DNA of 64,000 nucleotides from Octopus vulgaris. Lineage: Eukaryota. Under the pieces are notes generated by a model. The model was not told the DNA's origin, searched no databases, and was given only the letters and a program-made list of their open reading frames with translations. Below are positions 1 through 12,544 of the stretch, one piece after another. A program made the position numbers and the translations under genes. The stretch is taken from assembly GCA_951406725.2 (NCBI GenBank), contig OX597822.1:98394001-98458000 (forward strand). The letters run 5' to 3'. Position 1 is the stretch's first letter, and every line of letters starts with the position of its first letter.

Positions 1-771
1 ACTCCAGCATGGCTGTCGTCAAATAACTGAAAAATGTAAAAGAATATAAGTGGATATATATGTGTATATATATGTGTGTATGTGTGTTTGTGTCTGTGTG
101 TGCGTGTGTGTATGTGTGTGCGTGTGTGTATGCCTGTATGTAGATATAAATATATGTATGTCTAACAGTTTGCAAAGTATTGAAAACGACACATTTGACA
201 ACATTTTGCTGATGCAAAATGCAGTGACAAGAAATCAATGCATTTGGAAGTTATTTCTTTTTTTAGTTGCATAATAACAAAAAAAAAAAAGAATAATAAT
301 TTTCCCCATTCATAGATGGAACACCATCTGTACATGACTCGCCCGTTTCATTCGACTTCATGACATGTTTAAAGTTTTTGGGAAAGTCAATTCTCCTTAA
401 GTGTAAACAAAAAGGGAAATTTCTTAAAATACAAGAAAATCAACTATATTATGAAGCAAATATAATATTTGCTCTGAATTAATGAAATCTGTTGATTAAT
501 TCAAAGCTATTGGTTAATATGGTTTGTGTTGTATCTTGGAAGGATCATTACGCGTATATAAAAAAAAAACAAACAAACATGATTTTTGGTTTTAGATTAT
601 TAGTTTTGAAGTAACTCGGTTACATAATTGTTAAAATTCAAGCTCTTGGAAGACGTACATTTATACATTTGTTAACTCTGGATATCAGGATCATACATCT
701 TCAACAAGGGATTCCTTTAGTAGCACTAAATTGCTTACCATTCTTCCCAAGCTCACACATTGCATTGTAAT

Positions 772-1185
772 ACTCTCTCTTTTACTCTTTTACTTGTTTC
801 AGTCATTTGACTGCGGCCATGCTGGAGCACCGCCTTTTTTAATCGAGCAACTCAACCCCGGGACTTATTCTTTGTAAGCCCAGTACTTATTCTATCGGTC
901 TATTTTGCCGAACCGCTAATGACGGGGACGTAAACACACCAGCATCGGTTGTCAAGCAATGCTAGGGGGACAAACACAGACACACAAACACACACACACA
1001 CACATATATATACATATATACAACAGGCTTCTTTCAGTTTCCGTCTACCAAATCCACTCACAAGGCATTGGTCGGCCCGAGGTTATATAGCAGAAGACAC
1101 TTGCCCAAAATGCCACGCAGTGGGACTGAACCCGGAACCATGCGGCTGGTTAGCAAGCTACTTACCACACAGCCACTCCTGCGCC
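772..1185 (-). mobile_element. tRNA-derived SINE, family A (~410 bp; possibly octopus OK family)
   Basis: On the minus strand: head GGCGCAGGAGTGGCTGTGTGGTAAG with B-box-like GGGTTCAGTCCC, internal (TG)n and (AAAAGAGT)n tail. About 10 similar copies in the window. Confidence 0.9.
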
Positions 1186-1884
1186 TGTAATCGTTGCCTC
1201 AGTTGTAAAATCTTTTAATTTCTTCAATAATCCTGAGAAATTCACTCATTTAATGTTCATATTTTTATCTTCGTGATTAGCATAATGTTGAAGCGCATTG
1301 TATCTCTTTATTATGGAAAATACGGTATCATAGAGCTAACCTCTAATGCTACAAAACACTATAAAATATTATATCTCCCATTTGCCATTAAAGACTGTAT
1401 GTTCTTCGTTGTTTTGGATTTTTTTTTACATGACAAAGAAGCAAATGAACGAAATTACGAAAAATACACTAATAAATTATTAATTCATAGCTGCAACAAA
1501 GCCTGCAAACAATCGAACCAATTACAAACTTCGATAGAGTGATACGCATATACAGCACTATTAAAATCAAATCAGTGACTGACATTTGCTAACAATCATT
1601 GTTCTCTAGTCGACATGGCAAACTGTATACTTTGTAATTTCTTCTTATTTGCATGTTTGTAACTGAAGCGAAATGCGTCCGCTTACTTGTAGGCCCTATG
1701 TGGATAAGTGCATCAAATTGTGAAGTTTGCATATGCCTCACGGCAGAAAAATGCTTTTCAATTCTTCTCTTTTTCAATACTTTCAATGCTTTTTCAATTT
1801 CAGTAATATGCTACTCGGTAGTTTGTTGCTTAAGTATCATAGAACTGGCAATGTTTATTGATATTGGTTTCAAATTCTGTCAGA

Positions 1885-2050
1885 AGGCCAGCAATTCCAT
1901 GGGAGGGTGTAAACCCCAGTGCTCGAACGGTACATATTTTATCGATCTCGAAAAGATAAAGGCAAAGTCGATCTCGGTGGAATTTGAGCTCAGAACATTA
2001 AGACGGACGAAATGTCCTTAGCATTATACCTTGTGTCTTAAACATTCTTC
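1885..2050 (-). mobile_element. Old diverged family B SINE copy
   Basis: TTTATCGATCTCGAAAAGATAAAGGCAAAGTCGATCTCGGTGGAATTTGAGCTCAGAAC matches the reverse complement of the family B core. Confidence 0.7.
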
Positions 2051-2708
2051 CTGCTTGTGCCTTAATTATTTGTTAAGATTGTTATCTATTTCACCTACAT
2101 TGAATTTTCTTCTTTTTACGGTTATATGCATTATGTACCCCATGTGTAAATCATTTTCAAAGCTTGGTAGAATGCTTCAGCATTAACTTGTATCTATTTC
2201 GTAAGAGTTCAGTAGTGATATTCTGTTCTATATTATTACAACTGTTTAGCATCCTTGGCTTTTATATCTCAATAAACCACAGAAGGTTGAACTTGATAAC
2301 TAGGGAGAACAGCGATTCATCATCCTTGATTCATAAGTAATTACAATGTCATAGATACTGTTAATGTCGCTAGCAGCACAAGACCTCTTCGGCATTTGGC
2401 TCATTCTTTGAATTTCAGTCCATGATACATCGTCAGTCGACTGAAAACGGATTACGAGACGTTGTTGACGAAACAAATAAAGAGTGGAACGGGCTGGAAA
2501 AAACGTAATAAATATAACGGCAATTTAACTGACGTTTTATGCTTAATGGCATAATGAATGGAAGCAAAACGCGTTTTGGGATATATATGAAACTAATATT
2601 CCCGCCAATCGTTAAGTCTCTTACTAGTATGTAGGTATATATTTCTGTGTGTGAGTGTGTGCATACATATATGCCTGTGTACGCGAATGTATATATATAT
2701 ATATATAT

Positions 2709-3187
2709 GCCCTCCTCGTGCGGAGACGACTGCGCTGGCTCGGACACGTCTGCCGCATGCAGGACGGTCGCATGCCTAAAGACATCCTGTACAGCGAACT
2801 CACCAAGGGATCCCGACCCAAGGGACGTCCACAGCTACGATACAGGGATGTGTGCAAGCGTGACCTGAGGACTGCCAACATCTGTGTGGACACGTGGGAG
2901 GTAACAGCTGCTGACCGCTCTGCCTGGCGTCGGACAGTGAGGAAAGGCGTTTCCATGGCTGAGGAAAGGAGAGCACAGCTGTGGTCGGACAGGCGGGACA
3001 GGAGGAGGACTACTGCAGCAACACCCCACACGTACCCATCGATGTTCGTGTGCAGCAACTGTACCAGGGACTGCCACTCTAGAATTGGACTGTTCAGTCA
3101 CAGCAGACTCTGCTCATCATCAAAGTAGGCCCCACCCTTGGCGCGACCCATTGTCTATCAAGACAGACGGGGGAAAAAAGAAAAAAG

Positions 3188-3190
<3 letters not shown>
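2709..3190 (+). mobile_element. 5'-truncated RTE-clade LINE 3' end (C-terminus with C2H2 motif, 3' UTR, A-rich tail) inserted in (TA)n
   Basis: Open frame RRRLRWLGHVCRMQDGRMPKDILYSEL..GSRPKGRPQLRYRDVCKRDL..DRSAWR..FVCSNCTRDCHSRIGLFSHSR, typical of RTE/BovB-like C-termini. GC-rich relative to flanks. Confidence 0.9.
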
Positions 3191-3236
<46 letters not shown>

Positions 3237-3243
<7 letters not shown>

Positions 3244-3669
3244 ATTAGAGATAAAACCACTATTAGGCAAATCAGACAATGAAAAACTTAAGCCAATACA
3301 TAAAATTAATTAATTTATATTATTTTAAATATATATCAAAAGTATTAAAAGCTAAACCTCGCTAAGATAAATATTTCAATTACCTGAAGATTGACTGTAA
3401 CCATAACTCGAATTATTACGAATTGGACAGCCATGAAACGATCGTAGTGTTTTACTCATTATCTTTTATTAAACTTTTAATACTTTTGATATATATTTAA
3501 AATAATATAAATTAATTAATTTTATGTATTGGCTTAAGTTTTTCATTGTTTGATTTGCCTAATAGTGGTTTTATCTCTAATTTAATATAATATAATTTTT
3601 TACTATAAAATTGGATTCAATCCTAAATCTGATTTTTCCCTGTAAGTTTGGATTTATTCCCTAATATTT

Positions 3670-3675
<6 letters not shown>
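3237..3675 (+). mobile_element. Foldback non-coding element (Penelope-like/retrozyme relic) with ~115-bp inverted arms in (TA)n
   Basis: 3237-3351 is the near-perfect reverse complement of 3474-3588. The spacer contains a hammerhead motif. A related element lies at 49868-50265. Confidence 0.7.
3378..3452 (+). ncRNA. Minimal type-I hammerhead ribozyme motif (partly decayed)
   Basis: aattac CTGAAGA t tgactgt...acagcca t GAAA cgatcg TA gtgttt. Palindromic stem III, GUA cleavage triplet, imperfect stems I and II. Confidence 0.6.
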
Positions 3676-3719
<44 letters not shown>

Positions 3720-3745
3720 GTAAATTAATATGTGACAATTATACA

Positions 3746-3821
3746 ATAGCCAAGATAAAACTCTGAGTTTCGGATGCCGAAGTGGAAATCCACAACACCA
3801 TCTCTTCGGTTATCTGGCTAT
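3746..3821 (-). ncRNA. Type-I hammerhead ribozyme motif with CCGAAGA core variant
   Basis: Minus strand: atagccagataa CCGAAGA gatg...catc c GAAA ctc a gag TT ttatcttggctat. 12-bp stem I with one bulge. Lies in a foldback (3714-3770 vs 3851-3906). Confidence 0.65.
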
Positions 3822-3969
3822 CTCTATATCTTTATATATATATATATATAAAACTCAGAGTTTTATCTTGGCTATTGTATAATTGCCACATATTAATTTA
3901 CAGATAAATTTCCTCTATTTACATAATATTGAGGTATCTTTCTTTCTTTTGTTATCTTACCGTTTTTAC

Positions 3970-4029
<60 letters not shown>

Positions 4030-4313
4030 GTATGTGTGTGTGTATGTGTATGTGTGTATTTGTATAGTTCCATCCACGAGATGGAACAAAATGCACCACA
4101 CCTGCTTTCCGTACACATTGCTCAGAATGTTATTCATTGTACTCTACACTCTGATGCGACTTCGAAGTCGCATTTAATCTTTTACTTGTAAAATTCAAAT
4201 GTGAATATATGAACGTGTGTGTAATATGCGTGTGTGTGTGAGCGCGTGTGTGCCTGTGAGATGTGTTATGTATTTACGTACTTTATATGTGTGTGTGTGT
4301 GTTTATTTATATG

Positions 4314-4373
<60 letters not shown>

Positions 4374-4437
4374 TGTGTGTATATATATTTGTATGTATTA
4401 TCTATGTATTTTATCTATTTTCACACGCGCATGTATA

Positions 4438-4447
4438 TCTATCTATA

Positions 4448-4528
<81 letters not shown>

Positions 4529-4541
4529 CTCTCTCTATCTC

Positions 4542-4623
<82 letters not shown>

Positions 4624-4635
4624 TATGTATATATA
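4438..4635. repeat. Compound microsatellite (TATC)n-(TC)n-(TA)n
   Basis: Direct reading of the sequence. Confidence 0.95.
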
Positions 4636-5534
4636 TACACGAAGGTTTGCATATCTATAATTTAATCTTAATGCCTCCCGGAAAACTTCTTCTTTACGAT
4701 GAATATATGTTCCTATGTGTTACTGGGATACAGCTGTTTCGACATGTTTCTCGTTTGCTAGAATGACTCAGATAACTGAATCTAACGAGAGCTGATGGCC
4801 TTGTTTGTATGTTTGCTATCAGCGAACAAACTGTTCGCCGATCCGTGCTGTTATCTTCCTGTCGACGATGGATCGTTATACGCACGGTAAATAGAGAAAT
4901 TCAAAGCATTTCGACTCTCACTGTTTACTGCGCATATAATAATTTATTATACAAGTAGAGAGAGTGGGAGAGAGTGAGAGATAGAAATAAATAGATTTAT
5001 CTAGTGTGATAATCTTATGGAAATCTTTATTTGTGAAGTTATGTTGGTGTCCTAGTAACCTACTCTCTTATATTTCATGATTCCCTATGTGAAAATTCTC
5101 GTTTCTGAGCGCAAATTTTAATCAGTATTAATTCAAACGAGACAGTAAGATTTTATATTGTCATTCGCAAGTAGTCACTTCTCTCTCAAAAGGTGGTCCC
5201 AATAGGACTATGTTTGATCATATCTAAGCCTTAATCATGGCACATACGGTGTTTATAAACATCTTCAGTAATCACTCGTCATATCGCGGTTCACTTATCG
5301 CGCCCTCAGTACATCTCGGATTTTTCTGGCTAATATACGTTAATTTATATCGCGGACTCCTCAGTATATCACGGGATTCTGCGGCCGATACGTATTTATT
5401 TATTTTTTTTTACATTTGATATAATTCTGTAATAAAAAAGCATTTTCACGCTTAAAAATTAATAAATTAAAATGCAGTACATTACTGCACTGTAGAACAC
5501 ATTAATTAGAATATATTAAAAGAAAATATGTAGT

Positions 5535-6032
5535 ACTGTTCTATATTTTAGAGATGAGGAATTCTGTATATTATTTACATTGAACGGATATGTGTGCTTA
5601 TCTTGTTTGTTGTTACCACAAAGTTTCGGCTGATTTACTCTCCAGCCTTCATTAGAAGGTAGAATTTTTAAATCCTGGTAGAATTTTTAAATCCAAAGCT
5701 GAGTTCTCATTCCTAAGATATTTTTGATATTGTTGGCAGAACCGTTATCACGGCGGGCGAAATGCGTTGCCGTATTTCGTCTGCCGGTACGTTCTTAGCT
5801 CAAAATGACTTTGCCTTTCATCCTTTCGGGGTCGATAAATTAAGTACCACTGGGGTTGATGTAATCGACTTAATCCGTTTGTCTGTCCTTGTTTGTTCCC
5901 TCTATGTTTAGCCCTTGTGGGTAATAAAGAAACATATTATTATTATCATTATTTATTCGAGGTTCTGCCTGGAATTGAACTCGGAATACTTGGGGTTAGT
6001 AGCCCGCGCTCTTAACCACTACGCTATAAGCC
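5535..6032 (-). mobile_element. tRNA-headed SINE-like element with a degenerate hammerhead-like motif in its tail, interrupted by a family B SINE
   Basis: Minus-strand head AGCGTAGTGGTTAAGAGCGCGGGCTACTAACCCC..GAGTTCAATTCC (A and B boxes) at ~5962-6032. Tail CTAATGA a ggctg..cagcc GAAAC at ~5616-5658. Confidence 0.6.
5733..5932 (+). mobile_element. Family B SINE (tRNA-like head plus Deu/Nin-like core)
   Basis: Core GCCTTTCATCCTTTCGGGGTCGATAAATTAAGTACC and tail ..GGGTAATAAAGAAA. Confidence 0.85.
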
Positions 6033-6114
6033 TGTGGTCAATTATAGAGTAAATGTTTGGCCTTATAAACCGAATATTCTTGTATTCTTCCTTAATACCG
6101 GTCCTCTGTGGGAT

Positions 6115-6495
6115 GGAGGCGCAATGGCCCAGTGGTTAGGGCAGCGGACTCACGGTCATAGGATCGCGATTTCGATTCCCAGATCGGGCGTTGTGAGTGT
6201 TTATTGAGCGAAAACACCTAAAGCTCCACGAGGCTCCGGCAGGGATGGTGGTGATCCCTGCTGTACTCTTTCACCACAACTTTCTCTCACTCTTACTTCC
6301 TCTTTCTGTTGTACCTGTATTTCAAAGGGCCGGCCTTGTCACTCTCTGTGTCACGCTGAATATTCCCGAGAACTACGTTAAGGGTGCACGTGTCTCTGGA
6401 GTGCTCAGCCACTTACACGTTAATTTCACGAGCAGGCTGTTCCGTTGGTCGGATCAACCGGAACCCTCATCGTCGTAACCGACGGAGTGCTTCCA
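6115..6495 (+). mobile_element. tRNA(Arg)-like SINE, family C1 (possibly octopus OR1)
   Basis: GGAGGCGCAATGGCCCAGTGGTTAGGGCAGCGGACTC head. Flanked by the direct repeat CCTCTGTGGGATGGAG (TSD, overlapping the element start). Confidence 0.9.
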
Positions 6496-6665
6496 CACCT
6501 CTGTGGGATGGAGTTAAAATAATAGACAAGGAACACCACTGGAAAATACGGAAACTAAAATCAACAGCACATATGCTGGGACACAAGAACCTCCAAAGAC
6601 TGAGTGCAGATATGAGTAGAATATGGTAGAATATGGAACGTTGCACCAGTGATAGTCGAGGGTAT

Positions 6666-7078
6666 ACTCTCTTTACTCTTTTACTCTTTTACTTGTTTCA
6701 GTCATTTGACTGCGGCCATGCTGGAGCACTGCCTTTAGTCGAGCAAATCGACCCCGGAACTTATTCTTTGTAAGCCCAGTACTTATTCTATCGGTTTCTT
6801 TTGCCGAACCGCTAAGTGACGGGGACGTAAACACACCAGCATCGGTTGTCAAGCAATGCTAGGGGGACAAACCCACACACACAAATACACACACACACAT
6901 ATATATACATCCATATATACAACAGGCTTCTTTCAGTTTCCGTCTACCAAATCCACTCACAAGGCATTGGTCGGCCCGGGGCTATAGCAGAAGACACTTG
7001 CCCAAGATGCCACGCAGTGGGACTGAACCCGGAACCATGTGGTTGGTTAGCAAGCTACTTACCACACAGCCACTCCTG
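6666..7078 (-). mobile_element. Family A SINE
   Basis: Full-length match to 772-1185. Confidence 0.9.
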
Positions 7079-7274
7079 TATATTAGCGACAAAACTTTAA
7101 ATTATTAAGATATAAAAATATTTTATTAGTATCGGATCACTTGACATGAATGACGACCGGAGATCAGGAAAAAGTATTCTTGGAATATACTGTAATTAAT
7201 CCCGATTTATGATTGTTTTTATGTATTATTAATTTAGGAACAGCAATGCCATCGCCCACAACCGCAAGCAAAAT

Positions 7275-7603
7275 TACCACTACCAAAACAACTACCACCA
7301 CCACCACAACCGCTACAACCACTACTACCACCACCATCACCACCAACATCACCACTTCCACCACTACCTCCACCACCGCCACACATCACTATCACATCAC
7401 GGAAGTCATCGTCATACTCATCATTCTCCGTCGTCTCATCATCTTCGTCATCGTCATCGTCATTGTCGCCACTGTCGTCGTAATCATCATCAACGTTATA
7501 TCATCATTGTCATCATCATCATCATAATTATTTCCATCATCATCATCCCCGTTGCCACCATCATCACCACCACCACCACCACCACGATGATGATGATGAT
7601 GAC

Positions 7604-7668
<65 letters not shown>

Positions 7669-7671
7669 TGG

Positions 7672-7703
<32 letters not shown>

Positions 7704-7783
7704 TTGATGATGATCCTCATCATCTTCATCATCCTCTCCCTCCTTCTCCTCCTCCTCCTCATCATCATCATTATCATCGTCAT
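7275..7783. repeat. Compound trinucleotide tract (ACC/ATC)n-(GAT)n-(CAT/CCT)n
   Basis: Direct reading. Strand polarity flips at ~7586 and ~7713. Confidence 0.9.
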
Positions 7784-8571
7784 AATCGACAGAAACTGTA
7801 AATAAAAAAAAGCCTGTTTATCGCTCGCTCACAAATACACGCATATTCAATTCAAAACTATGCTGCTGCCATAGATGTCAAACTGGATAGTATAAAAAGC
7901 ACATTAAAACTGCATACGTAGAGATGCATGTGTGTGTCTGTATGTGCGTATGTGTTTGCGTATGTGTACGTGTGATTGCGTATGTATGTGTGTGTATGTA
8001 TACGTGTTATGCATATGTGTATATGTATATGTGTTTCGTCAGTGTGTGTGTGTGAATCCATTATTGCATGTGCGCTGTTTCTGTGTAAGAAAGTTAGACA
8101 GAACGTCTTGACATCGTGGTTATTTTTGGTAAGAACGAAAAAGAAGCAGCAATAAAGAAACCACAGCAACTACTGCTGCTGCTGTTGTGCCTGTAGTTTA
8201 TAGTGGTGATAGTGGTGGTAGTGGTGGTAGTGGTGCTGCTACTATTGTAGTGGTCGTTGCGCTGGTGTACTTGCTACTGGAGCAGATGTACGTGTAGATA
8301 ACGCTGCCGATGCTCGGCTTCATATACATATACGCATACACACCCACACACATACACACACGAACACACACACACACGAACACACACACACACACACGCG
8401 TGTGTGTGTGTGTTCGTGTGTGTGTGTAATGTGAAGAAACAAAAGGTTAAGTAATTCAATCCGCAAACATGACGCCTATTAGATATGAATTTAAAGGATA
8501 ATATTGAACATGATAGATTTAAAATATATAAATACACAGAGAACATTTTTGTCAACATGGAAAACCAGCAA

Positions 8572-9350
8572 GGCGGTGATCTGGCGGAAACGTTAGCACG
8601 CCGGGCGAAATGCTTAGCGGTATTTCGTCTGCCGTTACGTTCTGAGTTCAAATTCCGCCGAGGTCGACTTTACCTTTCATCCTTTCGGGGTCGATAAAAT
8701 AAGTACCAGTTACGCACTGGGGTAGATTCAATCGACTTAATCCGTTTGTCCGTCCTTGTTTGTTCCCTCTGTGTTTAGCCCCTTGTGGGTAGTAAAGAAA
8801 TAAGTATTTCGTCTGTCTTTACGTTCTGAGTTCAATCGACTTAATCCGTTTGTCCGTCCTTGTTTGTTCCCTCTGTGTTTAGCCCCTTGTGGGTAGTAAA
8901 GAAATAAGTATTTCGTCTGTCTTTACGTTCTGAGTTCAATCGACTTAATCCGTTTGTCCGTCCTTGTTTGTTCCCTCTGTGTTTAGCCCCTTGTGGGTAG
9001 TAAAGAAATAAGTATTTCGTCTGCCGTTACGTTCTGAGTTCAAATTCCGCCGAGGTCGACTTTGCCTTTCATCCTTTCGGGGTCGATAAAATAAGTTCCA
9101 GTTACGCACTGGGGTCGATGTAATCGACTTAATCCCTTTGTCTGTCCTTGTTTGTTCCCTCTGTGTTTAGCCCTTTGTGGGTAGTAAAGAAATTTCATTT
9201 GTCTATACGTTTTGAGTTCAAATTCTGCTGAGCTACTTTGCTGTTCATCCTCTTGGGGTCGATAAATTAAGTGCCAGTTGCATATTAGGGCCGATCTAAT
9301 CAACTAGCCCCTTCCCCAAAAATTTCGGGCCTTGTGCCTACTGTAGAATA
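8572..9350 (+). mobile_element. Family B SINE tandem array (full copy followed by several partial head-to-tail copies)
   Basis: Repeated TCAATCGACTTAATCCG...AAAGAAATAAGTATTTCGTCTG units of ~104 bp. The final copy has a different, older tail. Confidence 0.85.
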
Positions 9351-9884
9351 GAACATGGAAAACCCGTTAATCTAACGAAGGAGGAATTGCCAAATAATGG
9401 GTACTATATCCCCTTTATTTTTACCCACTATGAGGCCCCCAAAACGGCTGTTGGTACCCTCCTTTAACTAAATTTAACTATTCCGAATTTTAACTTCGAT
9501 CCTCATTGTATCTTTTAGCTGGTTTTCATCACTACTTCGGACTTTTTACCGATACACGCATGTTTTAACGATTTTATGTCGGCATCCGGAGATTCTTTAA
9601 AATCTGTTACTTTACACATATAAATTTTTATTATATTTATTTACTTATAGATTAAAAAAAGAAATGTCTGTGTACTTATATATTTTTAATCTATCATATA
9701 CAATTGTCCTTTTAATCCATGTCTAATGGGGTTCATGTTCGCTGATTGAATTAGCAGGTCTTTTCTTTCTTCACGTTATATATTTATATATTTCGACTAA
9801 AGCTACACTTGAGCACTTGTAAGTGCAAGCCTCTATATTGTGAGAGAATTTCTAATCAGTCTTCTTTCTCAAAACAATCATATA

Positions 9885-9953
<69 letters not shown>

Positions 9954-10196
9954 CTGTGTGTGTGCACGCTCATGTGTGTTTGGTGTGTGTGTATGTATGT
10001 ACATATATGTATGTATTTAGATATATATATATACGTATATATATATATATAAATACGTATGTATATATTTATAAATATATATATATGCATATATACATAT
10101 GTATGTATGTGTGTGTGTGTATGTGTATGTGTGTATATAAATACATACATATATGTACATAGATATATGTATATATAAACATACATACATACATCG

Positions 10197-10787
10197 TGGC
10201 ACTCCGTCGGTTACGACGACGAGGGTTCCAGTAGATCCGATCTACGGAACAGCCTGCTCGTGAAATTAACGTGGAAGTGGCTGAGCACTCCACAGACATG
10301 TGTACTCTTAACGTAGTGTCGAGGAGATTCAGCGTGATACAGAGTGTGAAAAGGCTGAACCTTTGAAATACAGTTACAAGAAAGAGTGAGTGAAAGTTGT
10401 GGTGAGAGAGTACAGAAGAGTTCCCCACCGCCCCCTGCTGTGGCCTCGTAGAACTTTGGGTGTTTTTGCTCAATAAACACTCACAACACCGTGTCTGGAA
10501 ATCGAAACGGTGATCCTACGACCTATTTCTTTATTACCCACAAGGGGCTAAACACAGAGGGGACAAACAGGGACAGACATAGGTATTAAGTCGATTACAT
10601 CGACCCCAGTGCGTAACTGGTACTTAATTTATCGACCCCGAAAGGATGAAAGGCAAAGTCGACCTCGGCGGAATCTGAACTCACAACGTAACGCAGACGA
10701 AATACCGCTAAGCATTTCGCCCGGCCTGCTAACGTTTCTGCCAGCTCGCGCAAGTCCACTGCCTAAACACTGGGCCATTGCGCCTCC
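10197..10787 (-). mobile_element. Family C1 SINE interrupted by a family B SINE (10522-10750, minus)
   Basis: C1 tail at 10197, C1 head CCATTGCGCCTCC at ~10775-10787. B copy inserted in the tRNA-like region before GGTCGTAGG. Confidence 0.85.
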
Positions 10788-10810
10788 AAGCACACACACA
10801 CGCACACATA

Positions 10811-10842
<32 letters not shown>

Positions 10843-10904
10843 TACACACACACACACACACACAAACATATCTATATATAGCTGAAATTTTCAACCAAAT
10901 TGTC

Positions 10905-11065
10905 AACCAAAGACAATATGATTTCTTGTTTCTTCTCTATCACCACATATTCTGTACTTACTTATTTACTTGTATTTCTTTTCATTGTGTGTTTTTGGTG
11001 ATTTCCGGTGGAAAGGTTTTGATCGTGTGCTTCAATTAAAAATCCTTCAGTGTCTGCATTGTGTC
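10905..11065 (-). pseudogene. R4/Dong-type retrotransposon fragment (region preceding the CCHC motif)
   Basis: Translation DTEGFLIEAHDQNLSTGNHQKHTMK... followed by a ..CGDREETRNHIV-like motif. Flanked by an (ATC/ATT)n tract. Confidence 0.6.
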
Positions 11066-11069
11066 TATT

Positions 11070-11112
<43 letters not shown>

Positions 11113-11146
11113 GTCATCGTCATCGACATCGTCGTCGTCGTCGTAG

Positions 11147-11232
<86 letters not shown>

Positions 11233-11239
11233 TTTTTAC

Positions 11240-11310
<71 letters not shown>

Positions 11311-11313
<3 letters not shown>

Positions 11314-11551
11314 GTTTGACTTTTGCTTTACATTTGCACAAGCTGGCTCAAAGTCTCATCCAGAGACCTCAAGAGACAACAAGTTGGAAGTTCATGCTAG
11401 TGTTATGCCTAAGGTGCCATATATTTGGTTTTGTACTTAGTGTTGTACTAGTGAATGCCTAAAAACCATACGAAAATTGTTTGTTTTAAAACTTGAGATT
11501 ACATAGAAAGTATTTTGCGTAGGATATGAGCAGTTCCCATGAGCACTATCT
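11311..11551 (-). mobile_element. R4/Dong-type element 3' end and 3' UTR in (AAT)n
   Basis: Minus translation IVLMGTAHILRKILSM*, then a UTR ending in (AAT)n. Confidence 0.7.
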
Positions 11552-11589
11552 TGTTGTTGTTGTTATTGTTGTTGTTGTTGTTGTTGTTG

Positions 11590-11630
<41 letters not shown>

Positions 11631-11631
11631 T

Positions 11632-11886
11632 TCAGGTCATCCATAAGAAGATGGTTATATGATGTGCCTTTCTTCCCACATCCGTAACCCATATTAACTT
11701 TACTATCATTGTTATCGCTATTATTGAAATTACAAAAAGTAACGGAGAAAACGAGTCACCTTTGAAGATTACCCTTTTAATATTGATCCCTCCAAGGGAC
11801 ACGGTCCTTGAGTACAATTTGGCTGTCCACTCTTTCATGCTGTGCATCAGAAAATTTCTGATGTCAGTAAAACCAAACATCTGCAG

Positions 11887-11888
<2 letters not shown>
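11632..11888 (-). pseudogene. R4/Dong-type reverse transcriptase fragment
   Basis: GINIKRVIFKGDSFSPLLFVISI is a decayed GI(F)QGDSLSPLLF motif. Bounded by (ATT)n. Confidence 0.75.
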
Positions 11889-11962
<74 letters not shown>

Positions 11963-11963
<1 letters not shown>

Positions 11964-12511
11964 GAGTGAGAGAGAGGTGCATGCCATCAAAGTGACACTG
12001 GGGTAAAGTATACGAAGCCCAGTATACCCATCATTACTACCCGTCTGATAAGGGTACACCAGGCACATGCATCACAACCATATGTGCGCGACATGCTGAT
12101 CTCATATCAACATAAACAGCCCATGACCTTGCAGGTGGAGCCCAGTTAGAACTTTCTTCTGCTAGAATAACCCATCTCACTCAAAAGGTCCCCGAATAAG
12201 GGTTGTTTAAAGATGTTGAAAGAAACACCCATGTTTCCAGAGGTAAATTATTCAAACCTCAAAGAATCCCTCTCAACACACGGATATGATGCCCCCACTA
12301 CTTCTGCTTGTGGTCAGAGATTCACATATCGTCGGCCACTAAGGGACATGCTCGAATGGTTAAGGTCAAATGACTGACAAGCAAATCTGTGGTATTGAGC
12401 AGAATATCTGCTGTAGCCCATCTTTTATACCAAGACAAAACAATGTACATAAGACTTCTAATCAGTTAAGAGCAGAAGCCACGAGAGCCACTTCCTGGTA
12501 CTGCATCGGGG

Positions 12512-12512
<1 letters not shown>
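11963..12512 (-). mobile_element. Non-coding (AAT)n-embedded repeat, family D (orientation inferred)
   Basis: Homologous to 18276-18764, 52715-53864 and 53929-54082. All copies abut (AAT)n at ..CTCTCTCAC(T/C)C. Confidence 0.75.

Positions 12513-12544
<32 letters not shown>

Noticed and set aside
4722-4800. Possible hammerhead on the minus strand (GAAA CAGCTG TA with a stem II-like hairpin)
   Set aside because: No CUGANGA box or stem I partner was found. At best a half relic.
5962-6032. tRNA gene
   Set aside because: The acceptor stem is poor and it continues into a repeat body. It is a SINE head, as are the C-family tRNA(Arg)-like heads.
7820-8330. Possible promoter/5' UTR (TATAAAA at ~7890 and low-complexity GC-richer tract)
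   Set aside because: There is no downstream coding exon or other support, and TATA-like words are common in AT-rich DNA.
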